A DNA stretch of 64,000 bases from an uncultured bacterium (GTDB lineage: Bacteria; Patescibacteriota; Patescibacteriia; UBA9570; XYC2-FULL-38-9): the NCBI GenBank assembly GCA_937996685.1, contig CALKUP010000016.1, positions 85,879 to 149,878 on the forward strand. The letters are read 5' to 3'. The position numbers were made by a program, and so were the translations under genes. Under the pieces are notes generated by a model. That model was not told the origin of the DNA. It ran no database searches and worked only from the letters and a program-made list of their open reading frames with translations. Shown in pieces: positions 1-9,328 of this stretch; the stretch's first letter is position 1, and every line of letters starts with the position of its first letter.

Positions 1-79
1 GTGTGATGCGGTTGCGTTTCCGCCGCTTTCCAAATAGTGAAAATTGGCTCATTACGGGGATTTATGACTCTGTTCGCGG

Positions 80-108
80 TTTACAAATCGGCGACCCTAC
101 GGTATAGT
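80..108 (+). promoter_or_regulatory. Putative sigma70-type promoter upstream of glyQS (TTTACA-N17-TATAGT)
   Basis: tttaca at 80-85, a 17-nt spacer, then tatagt at 103-108, about 25 nt upstream of the glyQS start. No T-box leader is visible in the 131 nt available. Confidence 0.4.
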
Positions 109-137
109 ACCCCTATATTTATTGAGTATTTTTGAGT

Positions 138-1520
138 ATGAGCGCATCTTTTGATATTGATGATATTATTTCATTGAGTAAACGTCGTGGTTTTGTCTAT
201 CCATCTTCTGAAATTTACGGTGGATTTGCTGCTGTGTATGACTACGGTCCATATGGTGTTGAGCTTGCAAACAACATTAAAGCAGCGTGGTGGAAAGCAA
301 TGGTGCAGCTGCGTGATGATATTGTCGGGCTTGATTCGTCTATTTTTATGTCACCGAAAATTTGGGAAGCCAGCGGACATGTGAGTGGTTTTTCTGACCC
401 AATGATTGAATGTCGCGAGTGCCAAACACGTTCTCGGGTTGACCATCTATTGGAAGATATTGGCGTCGTTGCAGATGAAAAAATGTCAGCCGAAGAAATT
501 ACGGAGCTGGTGAAAGCGAATGCCAAAAAAATCAAATGCCCAAAATGTGGCAAACAGAATTTTACGGATGTCAAAAAATTCAATTTGCTTGTTGAAAGTA
601 ATCTTGGAGATTTTTCTGGAGAAGGAAAAGACCCGGTCTATTTGCGTGGTGAAACCTGCCAAGGGATTTATGTGAATTATAAAAATGTCTTGAACTCTAC
701 TCGTGTCAAAATTCCATTTGGTATCGCTCAAATTGGTAAAGCGTTCCGTAATGAAATTACTGCGCGACAATTTATTTTCCGGACACGTGAATTTGAACAG
801 ATGGAAATGCAATATTTTGTAGAGCCTGACAAAGAAATGGAAGCCTATGAAGCGTTGCGAGCAGCGCGATGGCAGTATTATTTGGATCTTGGAATTACAC
901 CGTCAAAAATCAAATGGCATCAACATGAAAATTTAGTGTTTTATGCGAAAGAGGCGTATGACATTGAATATGAATTTCCGTTTGGTTGGAAAGAACTTGA
1001 AGGTGTTCATGCGCGTGGGAATTATGATCTCACCCAGCACAGTACACATTCCGGAGAAGATCTCACCTATTTGGATCCGCAAACAAACGAACGCTATTTG
1101 CCACACATTGTAGAAAGCTCAGTTGGTGTTGGTCGAACAATGCTGATGGTGCTGTCTGATGCATATACTGTTGAACAAACAGAGGGTGGCGAGCGGACTG
1201 TATTAAAATTGAACAAACGACTCGCTCCAGTGAAAGCGGCGGTCTTTCCATTGCTGCGAAACAAGCCAGAGCTGGTTGCAAAAGCGCGAGAAGTATTCGA
1301 CATGATCAAAGGCGATTTCATGACCGAGTTTGATGACAATGGAAACGTTGGTAAGCGCTATCGTCGTCAAGATGAAATCGGAACTCCGTATTGTATTACT
1401 ATTGACTTTGATACATTAGAAACCGGAAAGGTGACTGTGCGTGACCGTGACACAATGGAACAACAACTCGTTGCAATTGATGAATTAAAAGTTTGGCTCG
1501 CTGGAAAATTGGTCTCATAA
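138..1520 (+). CDS. glyQS: Glycine--tRNA ligase, dimeric glyQS type (class II)
   Basis: 462-aa ORF. The N-terminus (RRGFVYPSSEIYGGFAAVYDYGPYG) and the class II core plus C-terminal anticodon-binding region are typical of alpha2 GlyRS. The ORF track starts at a TTG at 132; the first ATG is at 138. Confidence 0.9.
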   Translation: MSASFDIDDIISLSKRRGFVYPSSEIYGGFAAVYDYGPYGVELANNIKAAWWKAMVQLRDDIVGLDSSIFMSPKIWEASGHVSGFSDPMIECRECQTRSRVDHLLEDIGVVADEKMSAEEITELVKANAKKIKCPKCGKQNFTDVKKFNLLVESNLGDFSGEGKDPVYLRGETCQGIYVNYKNVLNSTRVKIPFGIAQIGKAFRNEITARQFIFRTREFEQMEMQYFVEPDKEMEAYEALRAARWQYYLDLGITPSKIKWHQHENLVFYAKEAYDIEYEFPFGWKELEGVHARGNYDLTQHSTHSGEDLTYLDPQTNERYLPHIVESSVGVGRTMLMVLSDAYTVEQTEGGERTVLKLNKRLAPVKAAVFPLLRNKPELVAKAREVFDMIKGDFMTEFDDNGNVGKRYRRQDEIGTPYCITIDFDTLETGKVTVRDRDTMEQQLVAIDELKVWLAGKLVS

Positions 1521-1530
1521 TATCTATCCT

Positions 1531-2811
1531 ATGATGAAAAAATATACATTAAAAAACGGCATTCCAGTGGTGATTGATCGCATGGAAGGAACAAAGGTAT
1601 TAACGTCGTACGTATTGTTTAATGTTGGTTCACGTAATGAAACAAAGTCAATCAACGGTGTGTCGCATTTTTTGGAACATCTGTTTTTTAAAGGGACAGA
1701 AAAACGACCAACAACATTAGTATTGAGTCGAGAGCTTGATGGTGTTGGTGCGGATTTCAACGCGTTCACTGGCAAGGATTACACAGGCTATTATGTGAAA
1801 GTTGATAGCAGGCACAGTATGCTCGCGCTCGATATTTTAGAAGATTTGTTATTTCATCCGTTGTTTGATCCGGAAGAAGTGAATCGCGAACGGGGAGTGA
1901 TTATCGAAGAGATTAATATGTATGAAGATAATCCGATGGCAACTGCGGAGGAAGTTGCGGAAGAAATGTTGTACGGTAAAGAGCATCCGCTCGGGTATCG
2001 CATTGCGGGACCAATTAAGAATATTCAAACAATTTCTCGCAACCAAATCTTGAAATATCGTGAGACATATTATCATCCAGATAATATGGTAATTATTTTG
2101 TCTGGGAATGTCCCAAAAAATGCAGTGCAGGTATTAGAAAAATTATTTGGTAGCGCGCCACGCCGCAAAACGCAATCTCCAGCACCCAAAAAGTTTACGG
2201 TGAAACAAAAAGCACCGCGCTTGCATATTGAAAAAAAGAAAACTGCGCAAGCCCATATGGCGCTGACATTTCCAGGTCCTTCATATACTGACAAAGATGC
2301 GCTCGCCGCGACATTGCTTTCAACAATTCTTGGTGGCAGTATGAGTTCTCGGTTATTCATTAATGTGCGTGAACGACAAGGTTTGTGTTATTACATTGGA
2401 TCTGGAGTGTCTCCATATCAAGATGTTGGGGCTTTTACCATTCAAGCTGGTTTTGATAAAACCCGAATTAATGATGCGATTGCAGCAATTGTACAAGAGA
2501 TTGTTGATGTTCGTGACAACGGCGTCACCGAGCAAGAGCTTGCGCAAGCGAAGGAATATATTCGTGGCAAACTCGCTATTCGTTTAGAAGACTCTGAATA
2601 TGTTGCGGGCTTTTGGGGCAAGCAATTTTTCCATAAAAAATCATTGTTGTCAGCTGATGAATATTTGGATGCATTATCAAAGGTGACAAGCGCCCAAGTC
2701 GTGCGCTTCGCAAAAAAAACTTTCCAGCAGTCATTGGCAAATCTTGTTATCGTTGGTGAGTATTCCGAAAAACAACGCAACGCATTCGAACGCTTGATTA
2801 AACAGATATAA
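1531..2811 (+). CDS. M16-family zinc metallopeptidase (insulinase/pitrilysin-like)
   Basis: An inverted zinc-binding HxxEH motif (HFLEH) lies near the N-terminus in the context ...GVSHFLEHLFFKGT. The 426-aa length is typical of M16B peptidases. Confidence 0.8.
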   Translation: MMKKYTLKNGIPVVIDRMEGTKVLTSYVLFNVGSRNETKSINGVSHFLEHLFFKGTEKRPTTLVLSRELDGVGADFNAFTGKDYTGYYVKVDSRHSMLALDILEDLLFHPLFDPEEVNRERGVIIEEINMYEDNPMATAEEVAEEMLYGKEHPLGYRIAGPIKNIQTISRNQILKYRETYYHPDNMVIILSGNVPKNAVQVLEKLFGSAPRRKTQSPAPKKFTVKQKAPRLHIEKKKTAQAHMALTFPGPSYTDKDALAATLLSTILGGSMSSRLFINVRERQGLCYYIGSGVSPYQDVGAFTIQAGFDKTRINDAIAAIVQEIVDVRDNGVTEQELAQAKEYIRGKLAIRLEDSEYVAGFWGKQFFHKKSLLSADEYLDALSKVTSAQVVRFAKKTFQQSLANLVIVGEYSEKQRNAFERLIKQI

Positions 2812-2814
2812 ATT

Positions 2815-3885
2815 ATGCAACCAAAAAGACAAAGACCAAACGAAACAATTGAATACCGTATTACATTTTCTACTCTTGGTATTTTAAAAGTCCTCGGAAT
2901 TGGAGCGCTTGTATTTTTGGTGTTTTATTTGCGTCAGGTATTTGGCTTGTTGTTTATCGCGCTGGTGATTGCATCCGCGCTTGATCCGCTGATCGACCGA
3001 TTACAGCGTTACCATATCCCACGAGGTGTCAGCATCTTGGTCTTGTATGCCTTGATTATTAGTGGGGTGTTTGCGGTATTGGCATTGCTTATTCCGCCAT
3101 TGTTATTGCAGCTCACGCAACTCGGTGGAACAATTTCAACATACGGACCCGAAGTTGATAGTTTTTATCAGTACATTACTCAAAATGACAACGCATCGCT
3201 TGTTGATGCAATTAGCAGTAATGTGTCCGCGGTGAATTCATCGTTATCAACAATTACGACGGGAGCAATTGCAACGGTCTCGAATTTTTTTACTGTGCTC
3301 GCGAGTATTATTTTCGTCTTTGTGATTACATTTTACATCACTGTTGAAGAAGACGGCTTGAAAAAATTTATTCGCTCCGTTGCGCCAATTCAATTTCAAC
3401 CATATCTCGTGCAAAAAACCAATCGGATTCAAGATCGCCTCGGCTCTTGGTTGTCTGGGCAAGTCGCGTTGATGTTTGTGATTGGAACACTGACCTACAT
3501 CGGTTTGTCGATTATTGGAGTGCCGTATGCGTTGGTTCTTGCGTTGCTTGCCGGGTTATTTGAATTCATTCCGTTTGTTGGCCCTCTTATTTCAGCGGTG
3601 CCAGCAGTCTTCTTTGGCTTCATTGATGCGCCATGGAAAGCACTGGCAGTTGTCGCGTTCTATCTTATTTTGCAACAAACAGAGAATCAAATTTTGGTGC
3701 CAAAGATCATGCAAAAAGCACTTGGGTTGTCACCAATTGTCATTTTAACAGCAGTGTTGATTGGTGGAACAATTGCTGGTCTTCCAGGTGTGTTGCTTGG
3801 TGTGCCAGCGGTGACTATTTTATGGATCTTTGTTGAAGATATTGTGATTCAAAAAATGGAGATGGATAATTCACTCGAAGAATAA
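2815..3885 (+). CDS. AI-2E family transporter (PerM/YdiK-like, UPF0118) membrane protein
   Basis: 356 aa with about 8 predicted TM helices. The N-terminal basic region is followed by the TM pattern typical of AI-2E transporters. Confidence 0.7.
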   Translation: MQPKRQRPNETIEYRITFSTLGILKVLGIGALVFLVFYLRQVFGLLFIALVIASALDPLIDRLQRYHIPRGVSILVLYALIISGVFAVLALLIPPLLLQLTQLGGTISTYGPEVDSFYQYITQNDNASLVDAISSNVSAVNSSLSTITTGAIATVSNFFTVLASIIFVFVITFYITVEEDGLKKFIRSVAPIQFQPYLVQKTNRIQDRLGSWLSGQVALMFVIGTLTYIGLSIIGVPYALVLALLAGLFEFIPFVGPLISAVPAVFFGFIDAPWKALAVVAFYLILQQTENQILVPKIMQKALGLSPIVILTAVLIGGTIAGLPGVLLGVPAVTILWIFVEDIVIQKMEMDNSLEE

Positions 3886-3889
3886 ACAG

Positions 3890-5428
3890 ATGGAACAAGA
3901 AAAAAAACAATTCACGATTGCAACTGCGATCCCATATTTGAATGCGAAAGCGCACATTGGTCATGCGTTAGAATATGTATTTTCAGATGTCATTGCACGA
4001 TACCACAAGCAGCAGGGTGAAGACGTTGTTGCGATCATGGGCGCAGATGAGCATGGGCAAAAAATTGCTCGTAGTGCGCAAGACTCTGGCGTGACTCCGC
4101 AGGCGTATGTTGATGCGCTTGTTCCAAAATTTCTTGAGTTGCATACTGCGCTTGGTGTTTCATATGACAGATTTATCCGAACAACTGACGCGGATCACGC
4201 GCGTATTGCACAGGCGCTCTGGAAAAAAGTGCAGGCAGCAGGGTTTATTGATGAGCGTGAATACGAAGGTTTGTATTGTGTTGGCTGTGAAGCGTTTAAA
4301 ACTGAAGCAGAGCTCGTGGATGGAAAGTGTCCTGATCATTTGAAAGAGCCAGAAATGATTCGGGAGAAGAATTACTTTTTTCAGTTGTCAAAACTTCAGC
4401 AGGCGCTTCTTGAGTGGTACGATGCGCATCCGCAGTGGATTGTGCCACAATCAAAGATGAATGAAATGCGGGCGTTTATTGAGCGTGGACTCGAAGATAT
4501 TTCCATTAGTCGTGATGTCTCAAAAATGTCATGGGGCATCCCAGTTCCAGATGACGACTCGCAGGTGATGTATGTCTGGTTTGATGCGTTGCCGAATTAT
4601 CTGACAGGCGCTGGCGTGACTCCGGAGATGATTGCGAGCGGCGATGTGTCTGGCTCTCGTTGGCCAGTTGATCTCATTAACCTTGGAAAAGATATTAACC
4701 GTTTTCATGCTATTTTGTTTGCAGCGATGCTCATTGCGGCAGATCTACCGCTGCCAAAGCAACTTGGTGTGCATGGTTTTATTTCTGTGAACGGACAAAA
4801 AATGAGTAAATCTATCGGAAATGTCATTGACCCGATAGATTTAATTGAGAAATTTGGCGCAGAGCCGACACGGTATTTACTGATGGCGGAAATTCCATTT
4901 CAATCTGATGGCGATATTTCAATGGAAAAGTTGCATGATCGCTACACAGCAGACTTGAGCAATGGTATTGGAAATTTGTTATCGCGAACCACAACCATGG
5001 TTGAAAAGTTTTGCGCACAAGCTGATGAATGTGTGTGTCAGGAGTCTGGTTTTGATGCCTCAAAAGCAGAGGAGTGGAAGAATGAATTTGCTCCACATGA
5101 ATCTGCATTTGCTGTGGCAATGCGTGGTATGGACTTTCATATCGCCATTCAACAGATTCAAAAAATTGTGAGCTTGTGTGATGAAAAATTAGAGCAAGAA
5201 AAGCCATGGGAAGTGTTTAAATTAAAAGAAGAAGAATTTACCGCTCGGTATGGAGAAGCACTCGCGTCTCTATCTTATTCACTTATTGGCTTGCGCTCCA
5301 TCGCTCGTTTGTTGCAGTCATTTATCCCGGAAACAGCACAAAAAATAAGTAAAACGGTAAACGTTGAACGGATTCATCATATTCGTAAAGCTGCTCCACT
5401 ATTTCCGCGTATTGAATTAAACAAATAA
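3890..5428 (+). CDS. metG: Methionine--tRNA ligase (class I), short form without the C-terminal tRNA-binding domain
   Basis: HIGH motif (AHIGHA) and KMSKS motif (KMSKSIGN). A zinc knuckle CxxC...CPxH sits in the CP domain. 512 aa. Confidence 0.92.
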   Translation: MEQEKKQFTIATAIPYLNAKAHIGHALEYVFSDVIARYHKQQGEDVVAIMGADEHGQKIARSAQDSGVTPQAYVDALVPKFLELHTALGVSYDRFIRTTDADHARIAQALWKKVQAAGFIDEREYEGLYCVGCEAFKTEAELVDGKCPDHLKEPEMIREKNYFFQLSKLQQALLEWYDAHPQWIVPQSKMNEMRAFIERGLEDISISRDVSKMSWGIPVPDDDSQVMYVWFDALPNYLTGAGVTPEMIASGDVSGSRWPVDLINLGKDINRFHAILFAAMLIAADLPLPKQLGVHGFISVNGQKMSKSIGNVIDPIDLIEKFGAEPTRYLLMAEIPFQSDGDISMEKLHDRYTADLSNGIGNLLSRTTTMVEKFCAQADECVCQESGFDASKAEEWKNEFAPHESAFAVAMRGMDFHIAIQQIQKIVSLCDEKLEQEKPWEVFKLKEEEFTARYGEALASLSYSLIGLRSIARLLQSFIPETAQKISKTVNVERIHHIRKAAPLFPRIELNK

Positions 5429-5431
5429 ATT

Positions 5432-5941
5432 ATGTTTTGGCTCGACATCCTCTTCCTTCTCTGGCTCGCAAGCTCTGCGCTTGGTGGCTACAAAATGGGT
5501 TTTATCTATAAGCTCGGCTCGTTTATCGGCTTGGTGATTAGTGTGTATCTTGCAGTAAAATGGACGCCGGGAGTGATTGAATATTTTCATTGGGGCGTCT
5601 TCGCGACAATTACTGTATTCCTTATTTTATTGTCTCTGCTGTCAAAGCTGTTTGGCATTATCGCATTCTTCATCGACAAAGTATTTCATATTGTCTACAT
5701 CATTCCATTCACCAAAACGTTTAATCGACTTCTTGGCGCGGCGCTTGGTGTATTGATTACGATTCTGATTATTAGTGCTGGTATCGCGCTATCAAATGTC
5801 TTCACATTTTACCAACCATTAAATGAATTGCTTGCCCGATCTGTGGTTGTTCCATATCTCCAAAGTGCAACGCAATTTGTCTTGCCGTATCTGCAAGAAC
5901 CGTTTGCGAATATTGTTGCATTTGTTCAATCAAAACGGTAA
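5432..5941 (+). CDS. CvpA-family (colicin V production protein-like) small integral membrane protein
   Basis: 169 aa with about 4 hydrophobic helices, an architecture typical of CvpA/DedE. The assignment rests on size and topology only. Confidence 0.45.
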   Translation: MFWLDILFLLWLASSALGGYKMGFIYKLGSFIGLVISVYLAVKWTPGVIEYFHWGVFATITVFLILLSLLSKLFGIIAFFIDKVFHIVYIIPFTKTFNRLLGAALGVLITILIISAGIALSNVFTFYQPLNELLARSVVVPYLQSATQFVLPYLQEPFANIVAFVQSKR

Positions 5942-5950
5942 GCTCATAGC

Positions 5951-6853
5951 ATGACTGATAAAACATTTCCAACCCTCGTCGATACACATTGCCATGTGAA
6001 TTTTGAAGCGTACACTGATGACGACCGTACGGTGATTGACCGCGCCTTGAACTCTGGCGTGCGAATGATTAATGTTGGAACAAATTACAAAACCTCAAAA
6101 AAAGCTGTCCATATCGCAGAGCAGATTGGAGACGGCATGGTCGCAGCTATTGGTGTGCATCCAATTCATCTTGCAAAAAATATTACAGAGACAGCAAATT
6201 TCAATGGTGAAACATATGAGTTCACAACCAAGTCTGAGCAGTTTGATAAACGCCTCTATTTTCAGCTTGCACAATCGGAAAAAGTGGTCGCAGTTGGAGA
6301 GAGTGGTCTTGATTATTTTCACTTGGATGATTTCAAAGCGCCGGACATGACCGTCAAAGAATATGTTGAGCTGCAAAAAGAAACGCTCTATGAAATTCTT
6401 GGGTTTGCGCGCGAAATTGGCAAGCCGCATATTTTCCATTGTCGTGATGCTTATGACGACTTCATTGATATGGTGCGACAGTTTAATGACAACTCTGATG
6501 GTGGGAGCGGTCCTGGAGGCGAAGTCCGCGGTACAGTCCATTGTTTCACCGGCACAGTTGCGCAAGCGGAAAAGATTTTGGAACTTGGGCTCTATATTGG
6601 CTTTACGGGTATTGTGACATTCCCGAACGCAGAAACCTTGCGAGATGTCGCGCGGATGGTGCCACTTGATCGGATGCTGCTGGAAACAGATGCGCCATAT
6701 CTTGCGCCGCAAGCAGTGCGTGGTCAGCGAAATGAACCGGCGCATGTTCGCTATGTTGCAGAATTTTTGGCTGAACTGAAAGGCGTGTCGATTGAAGAAT
6801 TTGCGGCCCAAACAACCGCGAATGCTAACACTCTCTTCGGCACACAATTTTAA
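5951..6853 (+). CDS. tatD: TatD-family metal-dependent deoxyribonuclease/hydrolase
   Basis: N-terminal DTHCHV metal-binding motif and TIM-barrel amidohydrolase signatures (GVHP, ESGLDY, ETDAPYL). A Gly-rich insertion (SDGGSGPGGEVRG) extends it to 300 aa. Confidence 0.85.
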   Translation: MTDKTFPTLVDTHCHVNFEAYTDDDRTVIDRALNSGVRMINVGTNYKTSKKAVHIAEQIGDGMVAAIGVHPIHLAKNITETANFNGETYEFTTKSEQFDKRLYFQLAQSEKVVAVGESGLDYFHLDDFKAPDMTVKEYVELQKETLYEILGFAREIGKPHIFHCRDAYDDFIDMVRQFNDNSDGGSGPGGEVRGTVHCFTGTVAQAEKILELGLYIGFTGIVTFPNAETLRDVARMVPLDRMLLETDAPYLAPQAVRGQRNEPAHVRYVAEFLAELKGVSIEEFAAQTTANANTLFGTQF

Positions 6854-6915
6854 TTTTACGATTGATGGCTTGCGGGTGTGTATCACTCAAAAGCCCCGCT
6901 CACTCACGTTCGCTG

Positions 6916-6940
6916 GCGGCAGAGCCGCTTTATCGGCTTT
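6916..6940 (+). terminator. Weak terminator-like hairpin downstream of tatD (GCGGC-aga-GCCGC followed by TTTATCGGCTTT)
   Basis: A 5-bp all-GC stem with a 3-nt loop, then an interrupted T-tract. Confidence 0.25.
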
Positions 6941-7018
6941 GAGTTGATACACGCCCTCCATCATGGAAGTCTGTATTTTTATACCAAAAATAAGCCGAAT
7001 GTAGTATACTGACTGTAT

Positions 7019-8029
7019 ATGAATACACTATTGATTATTATTGCGATTGGGCTGATCGCGGTTATTGGTTTGCTGCTGGTTATCTTGGTAAATCAAAAAA
7101 AACAACAACAGTCTGCTCCAGAGGATTCTGCGGGCCTGCAAATGTTGAATCAAAATATGCAGGGTGTGCAACAACGTCTTGATAATGTAACGAATGGCCT
7201 GTCTAGTCGGCTTGATACCGTCGCAACGGGAATGAACGAGCGTCTTGATAAAGCGGCGTATGTGATTCAAGATGTGAAAAAAGAATTAGGCAGCATGCAG
7301 GAGATTGGCCGCAACATGCAAGGTCTGCAAGAATTTCTCCGTTCGCCGAAACTCCGGGGAAATATCGGTGAAAAAGTATTGGAAGAAATGCTCGCACAGT
7401 ATTTTCCACAACATCTGTTTCAAATGCAATATCGTTTCAAAGATGGTTCGATTGTTGATGCAATGTTGCAAACCGATAACGGTATTATTCCGATTGATTC
7501 AAAATTCCCGCTTGAGAATTATCAACGTCTTGCAGCGGCAGAAACGGAAGAAGATCGCGCATTGTTCAGTAATGAGTTTGCGAAAGACGTGAAGAAGCAT
7601 GTGAATGATATTTCAAAAAAATACATTTTGCCGCAAGAAGGAACAGTTGATTTTGCTATTATGTATGTTCCGTCCGAGTCTGTGTATTATGAAATTGTGC
7701 GGATGAATCTTGCTGTCCAAACACACGCCTTTGAAAAGCACGTGATGTTTGTGTCGCCAAACTCATTCTATTATTTTTTGCAAGTGATTTTGACAGCACT
7801 GCGAGAAAAGGAAGTTGCGCAAGCCGCTCAAGAGATTTTGCAAGCAGTGAAAGCGATTCAAAAAGATGTCTTGAAATTTTCCGATGAAATCAATGTTGTT
7901 GAAAAACATGTAGTGAATGCAGCTGGTGCGATGACGCGTGCAAAAACGCAGTTTGGGAAGCTGGCTGATAAAATCGAACGCGTCGATGACATTCAAATCA
8001 GCGACGGCATGGAATCCGAAGAGTTATAA
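7019..8029 (+). CDS. rmuC: DNA recombination protein RmuC
   Basis: N-terminal TM helix, a long coiled-coil, and a conserved C-terminal core with IDSKFPLENYQRL (the RmuC signature). Confidence 0.8.
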   Translation: MNTLLIIIAIGLIAVIGLLLVILVNQKKQQQSAPEDSAGLQMLNQNMQGVQQRLDNVTNGLSSRLDTVATGMNERLDKAAYVIQDVKKELGSMQEIGRNMQGLQEFLRSPKLRGNIGEKVLEEMLAQYFPQHLFQMQYRFKDGSIVDAMLQTDNGIIPIDSKFPLENYQRLAAAETEEDRALFSNEFAKDVKKHVNDISKKYILPQEGTVDFAIMYVPSESVYYEIVRMNLAVQTHAFEKHVMFVSPNSFYYFLQVILTALREKEVAQAAQEILQAVKAIQKDVLKFSDEINVVEKHVVNAAGAMTRAKTQFGKLADKIERVDDIQISDGMESEEL

Positions 8030-8041
8030 TTATAGAGTATT

Positions 8042-8734
8042 ATGAAACCAACAATCGAGAATTTATACGACCTTTCACAATTTGAACACCGTACCATTTT
8101 TGATGGAATGGTTTTTCCGTGGGAAGTGCTATCACTCATTGAGCAATATATTTTGTCTCACGCAGCAAATGTGGCGAGTGATGTTGCTTCAGATGTGTCC
8201 GCTGCAGCACACATCGGTCCGAATGTGGTGATCGGAAAAAATGTGACTATCGAACATGGTGTTGTCATTAAGGGTCCAGCAATTATCGGCGATAATGTAA
8301 CATTGCGTGCCAATGCGTACATCCGTGAAAACGTGATTATCGGCGCAGGGTCTGTGATTGGAAATAGTTGCGAAGTGAAAAATAGCATTGTGATGAACGG
8401 CGCGCAGATTCCACATTTTAATTACGTCGGAGATTCAGTTGTAGGCAATGACGCGCACTTAAGCGGTGGGGCAGCGCTGTCAAATACAACCATGTTTGGC
8501 AAAGATGTTGTCATTCGTGATGATGAAGGCGGGGAATATGCAACTGGCTTATTAAAATGCGGCGCATTTGTTGGAGATGGTGCACAGCTTGGGGCAAATG
8601 TTGTTGTCGCGCCTGGCGTTGCGATTGGAAAGGGCTCGATTGTCTACCCACTTGCATTTATTCGTGATATGATTCCAGAAAGATCAATTATAAAAATAAG
8701 ACATACTATTGAAGTAACGCCAATTATAGAGTAG
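8042..8734 (+). CDS. Left-handed beta-helix (hexapeptide-repeat) protein of the GlmU-C-terminal/acyltransferase-like family
   Basis: Multiple [LIV]-G-x-x-x-x hexapeptide repeats (IGKNVTI, IGDNVTL, IGAGSVIGNSCEV, VGDGAQLGANVVV). No nucleotidyltransferase domain is attached. Confidence 0.6.
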   Translation: MKPTIENLYDLSQFEHRTIFDGMVFPWEVLSLIEQYILSHAANVASDVASDVSAAAHIGPNVVIGKNVTIEHGVVIKGPAIIGDNVTLRANAYIRENVIIGAGSVIGNSCEVKNSIVMNGAQIPHFNYVGDSVVGNDAHLSGGAALSNTTMFGKDVVIRDDEGGEYATGLLKCGAFVGDGAQLGANVVVAPGVAIGKGSIVYPLAFIRDMIPERSIIKIRHTIEVTPIIE

Positions 8735-8735
8735 C

Positions 8736-8764
8736 TTGACAAAAAGCAAAATATATGGTATTAT
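8736..8764 (+). promoter_or_regulatory. Near-consensus sigma70 promoter (TTGACA-N17-TATTAT) driving the small-ORF/giant-protein operon
   Basis: ttgaca at 8736-8741, a 17-nt spacer, then tattat at 8759-8764, about 27 nt upstream of the ATG at 8792. Confidence 0.55.
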
Positions 8765-8791
8765 GAAAAAGAGTAGCTAAACACAATTTCT

Positions 8792-9100
8792 ATGAACCCA
8801 ATCCAAGACAAACTCAACAACGAAAATATTTTTGTGCAACTTGGTTTAAACGATTTGTCCGTTGAAGAAAAAGAGCAAATGCTCGAACAATTAAATGAAT
8901 TAGTGCAGAAACGTTTATTATTACGAATCTTGGAAGTGGTTCCAGAATCTGTGCAACAAGAAATGGCAGCGAAGAATTTTGAGACGCCAGAACAAGCGAT
9001 TGAGGAAATGATGAAACATGTTCCATATTTTGGTGATTTATTAGAAGAGGAAGTTGAAAAAGTGAAAGCGGAATTACGCGCCGGTGTTCAAACTGCGTAA
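8792..9100 (+). CDS. Hypothetical small acidic helical protein (102 aa)
   Basis: ORF immediately downstream of the consensus promoter. Glu/Leu-rich with coiled-coil character. No recognisable family. Confidence 0.45.
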   Translation: MNPIQDKLNNENIFVQLGLNDLSVEEKEQMLEQLNELVQKRLLLRILEVVPESVQQEMAAKNFETPEQAIEEMMKHVPYFGDLLEEEVEKVKAELRAGVQTA

Positions 9101-9114
9101 CCCGAATTATTTAT

Positions 9115-9318
9115 ATGACGACGAATACTACACCATTAACCCCAGAGCAGTTCGCGCAGTTGCCAGAAGAGGTGCGAGCGGTGATTCGTCTTTTAGAAGA
9201 GTTGGACACGACGCTTTCAACTGTGCAATTGCAAAATGCGGAATTATTACAGACTTTGCAGAAGCATGCTGATCAAGAAAAAATCGCGTCTATTAAAAAA
9301 TTATTAGAACAGATTTAA
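9115..9318 (+). CDS. Hypothetical small coiled-coil protein (67 aa)
   Basis: Tightly spaced between the 102-aa ORF and the 1072-aa ORF (gaps of 14 and 10 nt). Helical Leu/Glu-rich sequence. Confidence 0.35.
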   Translation: MTTNTTPLTPEQFAQLPEEVRAVIRLLEELDTTLSTVQLQNAELLQTLQKHADQEKIASIKKLLEQI

Positions 9319-9328
9319 TATCATTTTT

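Noticed and set aside
1-131. T-box riboswitch leader upstream of glyQS
   Set aside because: Only 131 nt are available, and no T-box consensus (AGGGUGGNACCGCG) or specifier-loop structure is visible. A promoter-like element is reported instead.
6095-6886. 263-aa ORF on the minus strand lying fully antisense to tatD
   Set aside because: Completely overlaps a well-supported conserved gene on the opposite strand. Cys/Phe/Leu-rich composition is typical of antisense read-through in a moderate-GC gene. No motifs.
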